Below, piece after piece: positions 1 to 9,288 of a DNA stretch of 64,000 nt. Where the stretch lies: IMG/VR virus record IMGVR_UViG_3300009079_000013; one strand, written 5' to 3'. Both the position numbers and the translations under genes were made by a program. This DNA is from a virus. The notes beneath the pieces were generated by a model, which made no database searches, had not been told where the DNA came from, and saw only the letters and a program-made list of their open reading frames with translations. Numbering within the stretch: the stretch's first letter is position 1; the number at the start of each line of letters is the position of its first letter.

Positions 1-576
1 GAATCTCATAAAGGTGGAATATTATCATATATGATGAATAATTTAGATAAGTATTCTAATAAAAAATGCTTAGATATAGGGGCATGTATAGGTAATCATA
101 CAATTTATTTTTCAAAAATATTAGGATGTGAAGTAACAAGTTTTGAACCCTCTCAGGAATCATACGATCACTTATTAGAAAATTGCAAATTAAATGATAT
201 ATCTCCTATTTTACATAATATTGCTTTAGGTGAAGAAAAAAAGACTGCTGGGCTTAGAAATAATAGTAAAAAACATTTCAATATAGGAATGAATCAAGTC
301 GTTGAAGGTGAAGGCATTCAGGTTGAAAAGCTAGATAGCATGGTAGAAGGTCAATTTGATTTTATTAAGATAGATGTTGAGCATTATAACATTCCTTTAT
401 TAAAAGGTGCTAAGGAAACACTAACATCTCAAGTAAAATGTGACGTATTCATAGAATGTGAAACAGATTCTATATTAAAAGAAACTGATAACATAATGAA
501 ATCATATGGATATGTTAGAAACCTTAAAATTAAATTAAACCATACTCCAACATATCTTTGGACAAAAAACAATTAA
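1..576 (+). CDS. FkbM-family SAM-dependent methyltransferase (probably 5'-truncated by the window)
   Basis: LDIGACIGNH SAM motif, SFEP, IKIDVE; frame is open from base 1, upstream of the ATG at 31. Confidence 0.85.
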   Translation, partial: ESHKGGILSYMMNNLDKYSNKKCLDIGACIGNHTIYFSKILGCEVTSFEPSQESYDHLLENCKLNDISPILHNIALGEEKKTAGLRNNSKKHFNIGMNQVVEGEGIQVEKLDSMVEGQFDFIKIDVEHYNIPLLKGAKETLTSQVKCDVFIECETDSILKETDNIMKSYGYVRNLKIKLNHTPTYLWTKNN

Positions 577-1262
577 ACAATATGATTATAGCTGGAATGG
601 CAACTTTGCCGGAAAGATTAAACACTTTAGAATTAGTTTTAGACAATTTGCATCCACAAGTCGATGTAATTGAATTGGCTTTAAATGGACATGCAGAAAT
701 CCCAAAGCTTCTTTCTAAATATCCCAAGGTTATTCCAAACCTAACAACTAATGAAAAAGGAGACGCTAATAAATTTTTAAACGTTAGTAAATATAAAGAC
801 GATTATTATTTTTCAACAGATGATGATATTTTATATCCTTCTAATTATGTGTCTACATATATAAAAGAAATAGACAAACATAAATCATTAATAACTATAC
901 ATGGATCAGTTATTCCTCCTCGTAAAATATTAAGTTATTATAAAGGTAGAAAAATGAAAGCACATTGCTTAAATTCATGCGAAGAGGAAATAGTCCATAT
1001 TCCTGGATCAGGTGTATCTGGTTTTCATACTTCATTTTTAAAAATAGATTATGAAAATGGATTCCCTAATGCAAATATGGCTGATATCTTTGTAGGTATT
1101 CAATGCCAACAACAAAATGTTAAATGTATATCGATTAAACACGCTAAGGAATGGATTAAAGGAGGTCTTAATGAAGGTAGAAAAACAATATGGGAAACTC
1201 ATAGGCATGACGATAGGATTCAAACTAGCCATATAAACAAAATAACTTGGAAAAATATATGA
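558..1262 (+). CDS. GT-A fold glycosyltransferase
   Basis: STDDDILYP DxD motif, N-terminal ATLPER, MADI motif; lies in the glycan cluster. Confidence 0.7.
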   Translation: MDKKQLNNMIIAGMATLPERLNTLELVLDNLHPQVDVIELALNGHAEIPKLLSKYPKVIPNLTTNEKGDANKFLNVSKYKDDYYFSTDDDILYPSNYVSTYIKEIDKHKSLITIHGSVIPPRKILSYYKGRKMKAHCLNSCEEEIVHIPGSGVSGFHTSFLKIDYENGFPNANMADIFVGIQCQQQNVKCISIKHAKEWIKGGLNEGRKTIWETHRHDDRIQTSHINKITWKNI

Positions 1263-1759
1263 GTGGAAGTGTTAAAATAAATAGCATTCATGAAAGTGCT
1301 AAAATAGGAAAAAACGTTGAAATAGGAGAGTTTTGCGTAATCGAAGAAGGCGTTGAAATAGGAGACAACACTGTCATTAGAAATTATGTAGAGCTTAGAA
1401 AAAATACAATAATTGGATCTGATTGTTACATAGACTCTAGAGTGTCTACATCAGGTAATTGTAAAATAGGAAACAACGTGACACTAAGATATGATGTAAT
1501 AATAGCACGAGGTGTTGAAATTGGAGATGGAACTTATATATGTCCTAGAGTAATGACAAATAATTTAGATTCTGGAAAAACTCAAATAGGAGGTGCTAAA
1601 ATAGGTAAAAAGTGTTTTATCGGAACAAATACAGTTTTACAGCATGGTATAGAAATCACTGACGGTGTTACAACTGGATCAATGTCATTTGTAAATAAAG
1701 ATATAACAGAAAAAGGAATCTACTTTGGAAATCCTGCTAAAAAATACGAAAAGAAATAA
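1247..1759 (+). CDS. Hexapeptide-repeat (LbH) sugar N-acetyltransferase, WbpD/WxcM-like
   Basis: [IV]GxxxxI hexapeptide repeats, C-terminal GNPAK. Confidence 0.85.
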   Translation: MEKYMSGSVKINSIHESAKIGKNVEIGEFCVIEEGVEIGDNTVIRNYVELRKNTIIGSDCYIDSRVSTSGNCKIGNNVTLRYDVIIARGVEIGDGTYICPRVMTNNLDSGKTQIGGAKIGKKCFIGTNTVLQHGIEITDGVTTGSMSFVNKDITEKGIYFGNPAKKYEKK

Positions 1760-2256
1760 TGAATACGTGGAGTCAAGATGAAAACGGGAATAAGATACAT
1801 ATCACCGCTATAGTTGGTGAAAATGTAGAACTTGGTAAAAATAATATCATATATCCATATGCTGTCATAGGTCTACCAGGTTTCATTAGAGATGCCAATA
1901 ACGCAACCGGTAAAGTTATAATAGGAAATGGAAACAAGATAGGAGCGCATACGTCTATTATGATAGGTCAAGAAGGTATTACTAAAATAGGAGATAATAA
2001 TCTACTTATGAATTATGTTAATATAGGACATGATTGTGAAATAGGTAATAATAACGAAATAGGCGCGGGAACTGTTGTAGCTGGATGGGCTAAGATTGGA
2101 AACAATAATATGATTAAAATTAGATGTACTATTAGAAATCGCAAAATAATTGGAAATGATAATATCATAGGCATGTGTTCAAATGTAACTAAGGATTTTG
2201 ATATAGACAGCTGGTTGATTTATGGAACCCCCGCAAAGCAAATAAAATTGAAATGA
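1759..2256 (+). CDS. Hexapeptide-repeat acetyl/acyltransferase (NeuD/LpxA-like)
   Basis: IGxxNxI repeats, NIGHDC, C-terminal YGTPAK. Confidence 0.8.
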   Translation: MNTWSQDENGNKIHITAIVGENVELGKNNIIYPYAVIGLPGFIRDANNATGKVIIGNGNKIGAHTSIMIGQEGITKIGDNNLLMNYVNIGHDCEIGNNNEIGAGTVVAGWAKIGNNNMIKIRCTIRNRKIIGNDNIIGMCSNVTKDFDIDSWLIYGTPAKQIKLK

Positions 2257-2957
2257 TAAAACCGAAAGTACTAGTTACAATGCCAGCGTATAACGCAGCG
2301 AGATTTTTAAATGAATCTATTCCTTCTATTTTAAATCAAACGGGAGTAGACGTATCCCTATTTGTAATTGATGATGCATCCACTGACAAAACATATGAAA
2401 TAGCAAAAAGCTATAAAGAAGTTACTGTCATGAGAAATAAAACTAACATGGGTAATTATTACTCCGTTAATCTAGTAATGTACACTTTAAAAAATCAAGA
2501 TTTTGATTGGGATTATCATGTTTATCACGGCGCAGATGATGTTTCTGATCTAAATAGATTTAGTAAACAGTTAAAGTTATTTAATAAACCCGAAACCCTA
2601 GCCGTTGGCTGTGGATTCAAAAGAGTAGATTTTAGGACAAAAAAGATTCTTTCAGCAAATAGAAAAACTAATGAATCAATGCTGATTTTTAAAAAAGAAA
2701 TGCTTGATTTAGTAGGCTATCGTGATTCTGGAAGAGCTGGGTGTGATACAGAATATAAAAGAAGAATCCAATTGGCTAAACCGGGCTGTATAGACTCGCT
2801 AAATGAAATTTTACTTACTGCTTATTTACACGATGATAATCTAACTAAGAGGATTCCAATAGGTGGAACCTTTAGAAAAAATTATGTAGCAAGTTTCACA
2901 CGAGAACATCAGGAAATGAAAAGTAAAAATAACTTCTATAAAGATTTCACACTATGA
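2253..2957 (+). CDS. GT2 glycosyltransferase
   Basis: MPAYN, IDDASTD and GADD motifs. Confidence 0.9.
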   Translation: MIKPKVLVTMPAYNAARFLNESIPSILNQTGVDVSLFVIDDASTDKTYEIAKSYKEVTVMRNKTNMGNYYSVNLVMYTLKNQDFDWDYHVYHGADDVSDLNRFSKQLKLFNKPETLAVGCGFKRVDFRTKKILSANRKTNESMLIFKKEMLDLVGYRDSGRAGCDTEYKRRIQLAKPGCIDSLNEILLTAYLHDDNLTKRIPIGGTFRKNYVASFTREHQEMKSKNNFYKDFTL

Positions 2958-3865
2958 AAAATAACAAACAAACGAAAAATTTTGCAATAATTGGAGCATC
3001 TGGATATATTGCTCCTCGCCACATGAAAGCTATAGAAGAAACTGGAAACAATCTAGTTGCAATATTAGATAAAAATGATAGCGTTGGAATAATTGATACG
3101 TATTTTCCAAAAGCAGAACTTTTCTTAGAATCTGAAATGTTTGATCGTCATATGTATAAGTTAAAAGATACTGATCGTAAAATAGATTACATATCAATAT
3201 GTTCTCCTAATTATCTACACGATGCTCATATTAGACTTGCGCTAAGAAATGACGCAGATGTTATTTGTGAAAAACCTCTAGTATTGAACCCTTGGAATAT
3301 AGATGAACTAATGAAATTAGAAATTGAAACTGGTAAGCAAATTAACAATATTCTACAGCTACGTTTGCATCCATCGGTTATTGAATTAAAAGAAAAGATA
3401 GATAATGGGCCTTCTGATAAAACGTATGAAGTTACTTTAGATTATATTACAGGTCGAGGTAATTGGTATTTGAGATCCTGGAAAAATAAAATGTCAAAAT
3501 CGGGAGGAATTGCTACTAATATAGGAATTCATTTCTTTGACATGCTCATTTGGATATTTGGAAATGTTAAAAATTCTACTTCTAATCATTCTGAAACGAG
3601 TGCTAGTGGATATCTAGAACTAGATCGGGCTAATGTGACATGGAAATTGAGCATTGATTCTGATGATTTACCCTTAGAATATAAACAAAAGGGGTTGCCA
3701 GTATACCGTTCAATTTGCATAGATGATAGTTCATTTGAATTCAGCACAGGATTTACTGATCTGCACACTAAATCGTATGAAAAAATACTAATAGGAGAAG
3801 GATTTAAATTAAGAGACGCTATTCCAAGTGTTGAATTAGCTTACAAAATAAGAAATAATAAGTAA
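2954..3865 (+). CDS. wbpB: Gfo/Idh/MocA oxidoreductase, UDP-GlcNAcA 3-dehydrogenase (WbpB/WlbA-like)
   Basis: GASGYIAPRH, SICSPNYLHDAHI, CEKPL, GGIATNIGIHFFDML, EFSTGFTDLH match the WbpB/WlbA family. Confidence 0.88.
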   Translation: MKNNKQTKNFAIIGASGYIAPRHMKAIEETGNNLVAILDKNDSVGIIDTYFPKAELFLESEMFDRHMYKLKDTDRKIDYISICSPNYLHDAHIRLALRNDADVICEKPLVLNPWNIDELMKLEIETGKQINNILQLRLHPSVIELKEKIDNGPSDKTYEVTLDYITGRGNWYLRSWKNKMSKSGGIATNIGIHFFDMLIWIFGNVKNSTSNHSETSASGYLELDRANVTWKLSIDSDDLPLEYKQKGLPVYRSICIDDSSFEFSTGFTDLHTKSYEKILIGEGFKLRDAIPSVELAYKIRNNK

Positions 3866-4695
3866 TGAAATTAGGAGTATCATATACTGTATTTGATGGA
3901 ATAGAACTATTGGAATATTCTATAAAGCAAATAAGAGAACACGTTGATTTTATACACGTAGCATATCAGGATATTTCATGGTTTGGATCACAGATGTCAC
4001 AGAGTGATAAAGACATACTAAGTAGGCTCCATAGAAAAAAACTAATCAACTCATTAGATAAATTCTCTGATTTCAAAAATCTAAATAGAGCATGTGCATC
4101 TAATATACAAACATCTAAGGCTTTTGAAATGCGTAAAAGACAATTTGGATTAGACGCATGTGTTAAGCAGGGTTGTACTCATTTTATATCAATGGACGTT
4201 GATGAATTTTATAAAGCCGATGAGTTTAAAAATGCCAAAGATATCATCATAGAACGTAATATCACAAGAAGTTCATGTTCATTTATAAATTATGTTAATC
4301 TCCCAATATATCATAGAGGATATGATAGTTCGTCAGTTCCTTTTATATGCAAAGTCAATGCTTCCTCTAGGATGAGCAAATCGTTCTTTACTAGATGCGA
4401 CCCTACTAGGGGAATAAACGCAATTGCTAAAGGCGGTGATGTGAGGCTACCTATATCAAATATAACTATGCACCACATGGAAACTATTAGAAAGGATCTC
4501 AATAAAAAATACACATCTACTACAAGAGCCGTGTTTAATAGAGCTAGAACTAGTGAATTGGTAGACAGTATAAAACTAGTGAATGAAGATACCAAGACTT
4601 TTGGATTTAATAAAATTATATTTCCAAAAACCCCTAATGTATCTCTTAAAACTGTAGATAACATATTTAAAATTCCATATGCAACTTGGCAATAA
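3865..4695 (+). CDS. Putative GT-A glycosyltransferase
   Basis: SMDVDEFY DxD motif, C-terminal MHHM; cluster context. Confidence 0.6.
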   Translation: MKLGVSYTVFDGIELLEYSIKQIREHVDFIHVAYQDISWFGSQMSQSDKDILSRLHRKKLINSLDKFSDFKNLNRACASNIQTSKAFEMRKRQFGLDACVKQGCTHFISMDVDEFYKADEFKNAKDIIIERNITRSSCSFINYVNLPIYHRGYDSSSVPFICKVNASSRMSKSFFTRCDPTRGINAIAKGGDVRLPISNITMHHMETIRKDLNKKYTSTTRAVFNRARTSELVDSIKLVNEDTKTFGFNKIIFPKTPNVSLKTVDNIFKIPYATWQ

Positions 4696-4704
4696 CATAA
4701 ACGC

Positions 4705-5556
4705 ATGCAACACACAAAAATAATAGCAGAAATAGGAATCAATTTTGCATATGGTAACGACCGGTCTAAATTCTTAGACAATGCAAAAAGACTAATCGAC
4801 GTAGCCGTTGTTGCAGGTTGTGACTGGGTTAAATTCCAAAAGAGATCACCAGATCACTGTGTTCCAGAAGAACAAAAAACTAAACCTAAGAGAGTTCCAT
4901 GGAGAACTGAAGAAACCACCTATATTCAATACAAACATGACATCGAGTTCAATGAGGAACAGTGGCAAGAATTATATGCATATTGCGAAGATAAACCGAT
5001 TGGGCTATTCGCATCAGTATGGGATAAGCCTTCTGTTGATTTTATGATGCGCATGTGTCCACAGATAGCTAAGATACCGTCTGCTTTAATCACTGATATC
5101 GATTTATGTTCATATGCAGATCATAAATTTGATCATATGATAGTAAGTACCGGAATGAGTACTGAAGAAGAAGTGGTTAGATGCATGGACGCAATCCAAC
5201 CTGATATTGTAATGCACACTAATTCCAGTTACCCATCCAATGTAGGTGAACTCAGGTTAGAATACATAACGTGGCTAAAAGACAAATATGGACATAATAC
5301 TGATATCGGTTATTCTGGACATGAATATGGTTTAACAACCACAATGGCTGCAGTGACTCTTGGAGCAACGTGGGTTGAAAGACATATTACTTTAGACAGA
5401 ACTAATTGGGGAAGCGATCAAGAGTCCTCAGTTGAACCTAGCGGACTAATGAAGTTGGTTAAAGGAATACGCGATATTGAAAGAGCAATGGGAGGATACG
5501 GTCCAAGATCAGTAATTGGTTCAGAACTGGCTAAAATGAAATCTCTTAGGAAATAG
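4705..5556 (+). CDS. neuB: N-acetylneuraminate/nonulosonate synthase (NeuB family, short form without C-terminal AFL domain)
   Basis: IAEIGIN, VKFQKR, KIPS, STGMS, SSYP, GYSGHE, VERHITLDR. Confidence 0.9.
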   Translation: MQHTKIIAEIGINFAYGNDRSKFLDNAKRLIDVAVVAGCDWVKFQKRSPDHCVPEEQKTKPKRVPWRTEETTYIQYKHDIEFNEEQWQELYAYCEDKPIGLFASVWDKPSVDFMMRMCPQIAKIPSALITDIDLCSYADHKFDHMIVSTGMSTEEEVVRCMDAIQPDIVMHTNSSYPSNVGELRLEYITWLKDKYGHNTDIGYSGHEYGLTTTMAAVTLGATWVERHITLDRTNWGSDQESSVEPSGLMKLVKGIRDIERAMGGYGPRSVIGSELAKMKSLRK

Positions 5557-5559
5557 TAA

Positions 5560-5592
5560 AAGCATTTATTAAGTCAGGTAAAGTGAATGCTT
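5560..5592. terminator. Possible hairpin between convergent genes
   Basis: AAGCATTTATT ... AGTGAATGCTT imperfect inverted repeat (needs G-U pairs). Confidence 0.3.
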
Positions 5593-5611
5593 GCGGAAAA
5601 CTTATAATTTC

Positions 5612-6370
5612 TTAATATTTAGCCATTTCTTTCCACTTAGAAAGTACATATTTTTCTATTTCTTTACCAAGTAGTGTAGAAGGTCTAAAAGCCATTTCAC
5701 CTGCGTAAAGTTTGTCCTCTTTTTTATTGTAAAAGAAATCTATTCTAAAGAAATCTATCTTTAATTCTTTTGCTATGGCTTTACAAATGTCATATTCTTT
5801 ATCCCAATTAAAATAAGTATTGCTTTTGTCTATCATATCTACTCTATGCCATTCTTTTGATCCTTTTCTTAAATCACCAACTATTGGACATCCATATAGA
5901 ACAAATACTTTAAATTCATAATCGTATTCGATATATTCTTCTACTATTATTCCTTTTTCAGTTTGTTTCATCATCTCAGGTTCAGTTGCTCTTGATGAAG
6001 ACTTTAAACATTCCCTAAGTTTTCTATCTACTTTTTTAAAGTCTTTATCATTAATAAAAACTCCATCGTTTTCTGACATATGAGCAGGTTTAGCAACATA
6101 CCGTTCCCTTAATGCATGTGAAATATCAGAATCTTTAGTAGAATAACAATATAATGTAGGTACGTTTAAACCATGTTTTTCAAAAAATTTTTTAACTTCA
6201 TACTTATTATAAAGTTTTTTCATATTTATACATTCTATTTTGTTTTTACGCCTTAGCGTTAACATATAATTATCTTCAATATGAGTTTTATACCTAGTGT
6301 GAATGTACGAACAGTCAAATTCAGGCGACCATTGAGTTAAGCTAGACGGTAAATAATTATAATATTTCAT
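5612..6370 (-). CDS. ATP-grasp amide ligase (TupA-like)
   Basis: VAKPAHMS, IIVEEYI, FKVFVLYG, FRIDFF, YAGEMAFRP in ATP-grasp order. Confidence 0.75.
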   Translation of the reverse strand: MKYYNYLPSSLTQWSPEFDCSYIHTRYKTHIEDNYMLTLRRKNKIECINMKKLYNKYEVKKFFEKHGLNVPTLYCYSTKDSDISHALRERYVAKPAHMSENDGVFINDKDFKKVDRKLRECLKSSSRATEPEMMKQTEKGIIVEEYIEYDYEFKVFVLYGCPIVGDLRKGSKEWHRVDMIDKSNTYFNWDKEYDICKAIAKELKIDFFRIDFFYNKKEDKLYAGEMAFRPSTLLGKEIEKYVLSKWKEMAKY

Positions 6371-6989
6371 AACTTACACTTATCGATTCTCCCTTTTTTA
6401 TTTTTCTTTTTGATTTTAAACGTAACTCTTTATCTTTTTTAAAGATATTACAATTAGGCGTAGCAGATTCTATTAAATATCCTCCTACTGGATTAGGTTC
6501 GTATAAATCAGATTTACTATAATAGCTATGAGAATACCCAAAATCAAAATCTTTTACAATATCTTTAGTTGCATAAAGAGTATAGGCCCCATCTCTTTCC
6601 TCTATAGAAACACAATCCGGTAAAGGAACGTAATGTTTATTTTTTTTAGTATCTGGTTTTGTAGGGTCATACCAACTATACCTTAATAAAATTTCTTCAC
6701 CTTTTTCTATATCTTTAGTTGTTATTAATTCAGTAACCGAACCTATTCCATTTGTAAATTCTTTTTTTACTATAGGTAACCATGCGTTTTTATTGACCGA
6801 GTAATTAAAAAAACCAACTAAGGGGTTTCTTAAATGTTTAACTGGTCTTTCGTTATAGTCATAGTAATGACAGATGCCTAGATTACTACCCTTTGGAATA
6901 AATTTTGTTGCAAAAACCCCAAGTCCATGCAAAGGTGATTCTTTTAGTTCTAAACCCTCCGGTATGATATTTCCTTTTTTAATATTCAT
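6357..6989 (-). CDS. Tandem SET-domain protein (putative lysine methyltransferase)
   Basis: Domain 1: SPLHGLGVFATKFI...FFNYS...KDIEKGEEILLRY; domain 2: LYATKDI...TPNC...KIKKGESISVSY. Confidence 0.8.
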   Translation of the reverse strand: MNIKKGNIIPEGLELKESPLHGLGVFATKFIPKGSNLGICHYYDYNERPVKHLRNPLVGFFNYSVNKNAWLPIVKKEFTNGIGSVTELITTKDIEKGEEILLRYSWYDPTKPDTKKNKHYVPLPDCVSIEERDGAYTLYATKDIVKDFDFGYSHSYYSKSDLYEPNPVGGYLIESATPNCNIFKKDKELRLKSKRKIKKGESISVSYEIL

Positions 6990-7558
6990 TTCTCATCATA
7001 CACCCAGAACGGTTGATTTTCCATCCAACTAACAGGTAACTTGTAACGCTTATATTTAGCTCCACTGAAGGGTTTATATGATATTATAGATATTTCAGGG
7101 TGTTCACCTATGATCTTATTAAAAATATCTTCAAAACTATTTTTATCAAAACAGCAATTACTCATCCATATTAAGTCAGTTGATTTAAATTCAAATTTAT
7201 ATAAATCATCTACATCTAATGATATATTAGATAAATTATATTTTTTTATTAGAGATTTTCCAAATCTTATTCTACCTCTATGTATATCTATTCCTAAAGT
7301 TTCTATATCTGGATATTTGTCATTAAAGTAAAAATTCATCCACCCTATGCTTGCGCCAACAACTACGAATCTATCGTACTTTTTACTAACTGAATCTATT
7401 AGCGTTATAGCTGTTTCATATGGAGTAGTCCCATATGTAAAATCTTTATAGGAAAGTGCATTATTTGAAGAAATCATATGTTCAATATGTCTCTTATCCT
7501 CGCTTCTCATATTTTTAATATAATCTTCTAAGTCTTTTAATATATTTAAGTTTTTCAT
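6986..7558 (-). CDS. Class I SAM methyltransferase, DOT1-like
   Basis: FTYGTTP, VVGASIG, LGIDI, WMSNCCF. Confidence 0.65.
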   Translation of the reverse strand: MKNLNILKDLEDYIKNMRSEDKRHIEHMISSNNALSYKDFTYGTTPYETAITLIDSVSKKYDRFVVVGASIGWMNFYFNDKYPDIETLGIDIHRGRIRFGKSLIKKYNLSNISLDVDDLYKFEFKSTDLIWMSNCCFDKNSFEDIFNKIIGEHPEISIISYKPFSGAKYKRYKLPVSWMENQPFWVYDEK

Positions 7559-7605
7559 ATTATTATTTATTCCTTCTTATTTTTTACATAATCAGCGTGT
7601 GCACA

Positions 7606-7632
7606 AAACCTATTGAATATACATCAGTACTA
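7606..7632 (+). promoter_or_regulatory. Putative phage promoter AAAC-N17-GTACTA
   Basis: Same bipartite arrangement at 21834 (N16), 30642 and 52135, each just upstream of a + strand gene. Confidence 0.4.
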
Positions 7633-7649
7633 TATAAAAAATATAATTT

Positions 7650-8354
7650 ATGAAATGGCAAGGCTATGATTGGCAAGTGGGTGAAAGATGGGGATTAATG
7701 CACCCTGAAAAAACAGAATGTTGGTATGATAAAAGCGCAGTTAAAATAATAGATGATGAATTATACTTAAAGACACACTATAACCCTAAAAAAATAGATG
7801 GAGTAATTTCACCATTCGGAGTAGGTTTGATAAACTGTACAACTAAATTTAAACATGGTAGATTTGACATAGATATTAAACTTCCAAAGGGACCTAGTTT
7901 ATGGCCAGCTTTTTGGATGTGGGCCTTTGAGTCATGGCCCCCTGAGATAGATGTTTTCGAAGCATATTCAAATCATAAAGGAAGCTATTTTAATTGGAAT
8001 ATAAATGCTTTACTAGGAGATTTCTGGAAAGTGCAAACGAATGTTCATCTAGGAAAATCTCCTGATAATTACATGATTGGAGCAAAAGAACATTGGCTGG
8101 GCTGGAAATGTCCAAGCAAAGATTTTCATACATATAGTGTAGAATGGTTCCCTCATGGAATATTTATATATTTCGATAATAAACTAGTTAGAGAAATATT
8201 AGATGAAAATATATTGTCTCAATTAAATGACAAAACAATGAATGTAGTTATAAATAATAGTATTAAGAAAGAACATAATATACCTGAAAATAAAACAGTT
8301 GTTTCAACTATGATATGTAAAAACTTTAGATATTCTGAATATTATGGAGATTAA
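7650..8354 (+). CDS. GH16 glycoside hydrolase (laminarinase/beta-glucanase-like)
   Basis: LWPAFWM and catalytic WPPEIDVFE (ExDxxE); FHTYSVEW; no signal peptide seen. Confidence 0.88.
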   Translation: MKWQGYDWQVGERWGLMHPEKTECWYDKSAVKIIDDELYLKTHYNPKKIDGVISPFGVGLINCTTKFKHGRFDIDIKLPKGPSLWPAFWMWAFESWPPEIDVFEAYSNHKGSYFNWNINALLGDFWKVQTNVHLGKSPDNYMIGAKEHWLGWKCPSKDFHTYSVEWFPHGIFIYFDNKLVREILDENILSQLNDKTMNVVINNSIKKEHNIPENKTVVSTMICKNFRYSEYYGD

Positions 8355-8387
8355 TGACAAATAATAATTATAAAAAATCCTAAACCT

Positions 8388-8690
8388 ATGACAATATACG
8401 TTGATATTGATGATACTATATGTAGATTAAAAAAGCCTATGGAATATGACACAGCTTATCCTATTCCAGAAGCAGTTGAAAAAGTCAACGCCTTATATGA
8501 AAAAGGTCATACTATAATATTTTGGACTGCTCGAGGAACTGTAACAGGTATTGATCACAAGATATTAACAATGTGTCAATTAAACGAATGGGGTGTAAAA
8601 TTCCATGAATTAAAAATGGGGAAACCTGCATATGATCTCTTTATAGATGATAAAAATATTAATTCTTATGATTGGTTAAATGAAAAATAA
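8388..8690 (+). CDS. Capless HAD-family phosphatase (capsule biosynthesis type)
   Basis: VDIDDTI, WTARG, MGKPAYDLFIDDK. Confidence 0.85.
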   Translation: MTIYVDIDDTICRLKKPMEYDTAYPIPEAVEKVNALYEKGHTIIFWTARGTVTGIDHKILTMCQLNEWGVKFHELKMGKPAYDLFIDDKNINSYDWLNEK

Positions 8691-9288
8691 AGTATTACTA
8701 ATAGGAAATGATTCAAATGTAAATAGCATTGATTTTTCAAAAATACAACCTAACATTATAAAAGTTGGAACAAACAGAGCATGGCTTAAATTAATACCTA
8801 ATTATCTTTTTTTTCATGATCCTAAAATATTCCTGGAATTAGATAATAATCAAGACAGGTTGTCTGAATTAAAAAAGCATACTCGCATTATTTCAAGCGA
8901 CTGGCTGCAGACGGGTTGTAGTAAAATAAATATAAAACCTCCCGGATACACTACTATATACAGTCGTCCTAATAAAAAGAAATACGTAGACTGCGTAACT
9001 ACCGCTATAGACATATTAGATAGGCATATTTTAAATAAAAGAAATACTACATTCTATATAGCAGGTGTTAGTTTAATTTGGAAGAATCCTAGTCATTTTT
9101 GGAAAAAAAATCCAATAGACGGTATTGGTAATTCCAATGACAAAAAATGGCATGAAAAAAGATTTAAGTTAACTTTAGAAAATTTTAAACATCTTAAAGA
9201 TAGGGGATTTGATATTGTATCAAGTACTCCTTGTTCTAAAATAAATAGCTTATTTAGATATGAACATATAGAAAATCTATATAATTAA
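8680..9288 (+). CDS. Putative Maf/DUF115 or sialyltransferase-like glycosyltransferase
   Basis: LLIGNDS...VGTNRAW...YLFFHD...YIAGV...HFW Rossmann-like pattern; neuB nearby. Confidence 0.4.
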   Translation: MKNKVLLIGNDSNVNSIDFSKIQPNIIKVGTNRAWLKLIPNYLFFHDPKIFLELDNNQDRLSELKKHTRIISSDWLQTGCSKINIKPPGYTTIYSRPNKKKYVDCVTTAIDILDRHILNKRNTTFYIAGVSLIWKNPSHFWKKNPIDGIGNSNDKKWHEKRFKLTLENFKHLKDRGFDIVSSTPCSKINSLFRYEHIENLYN

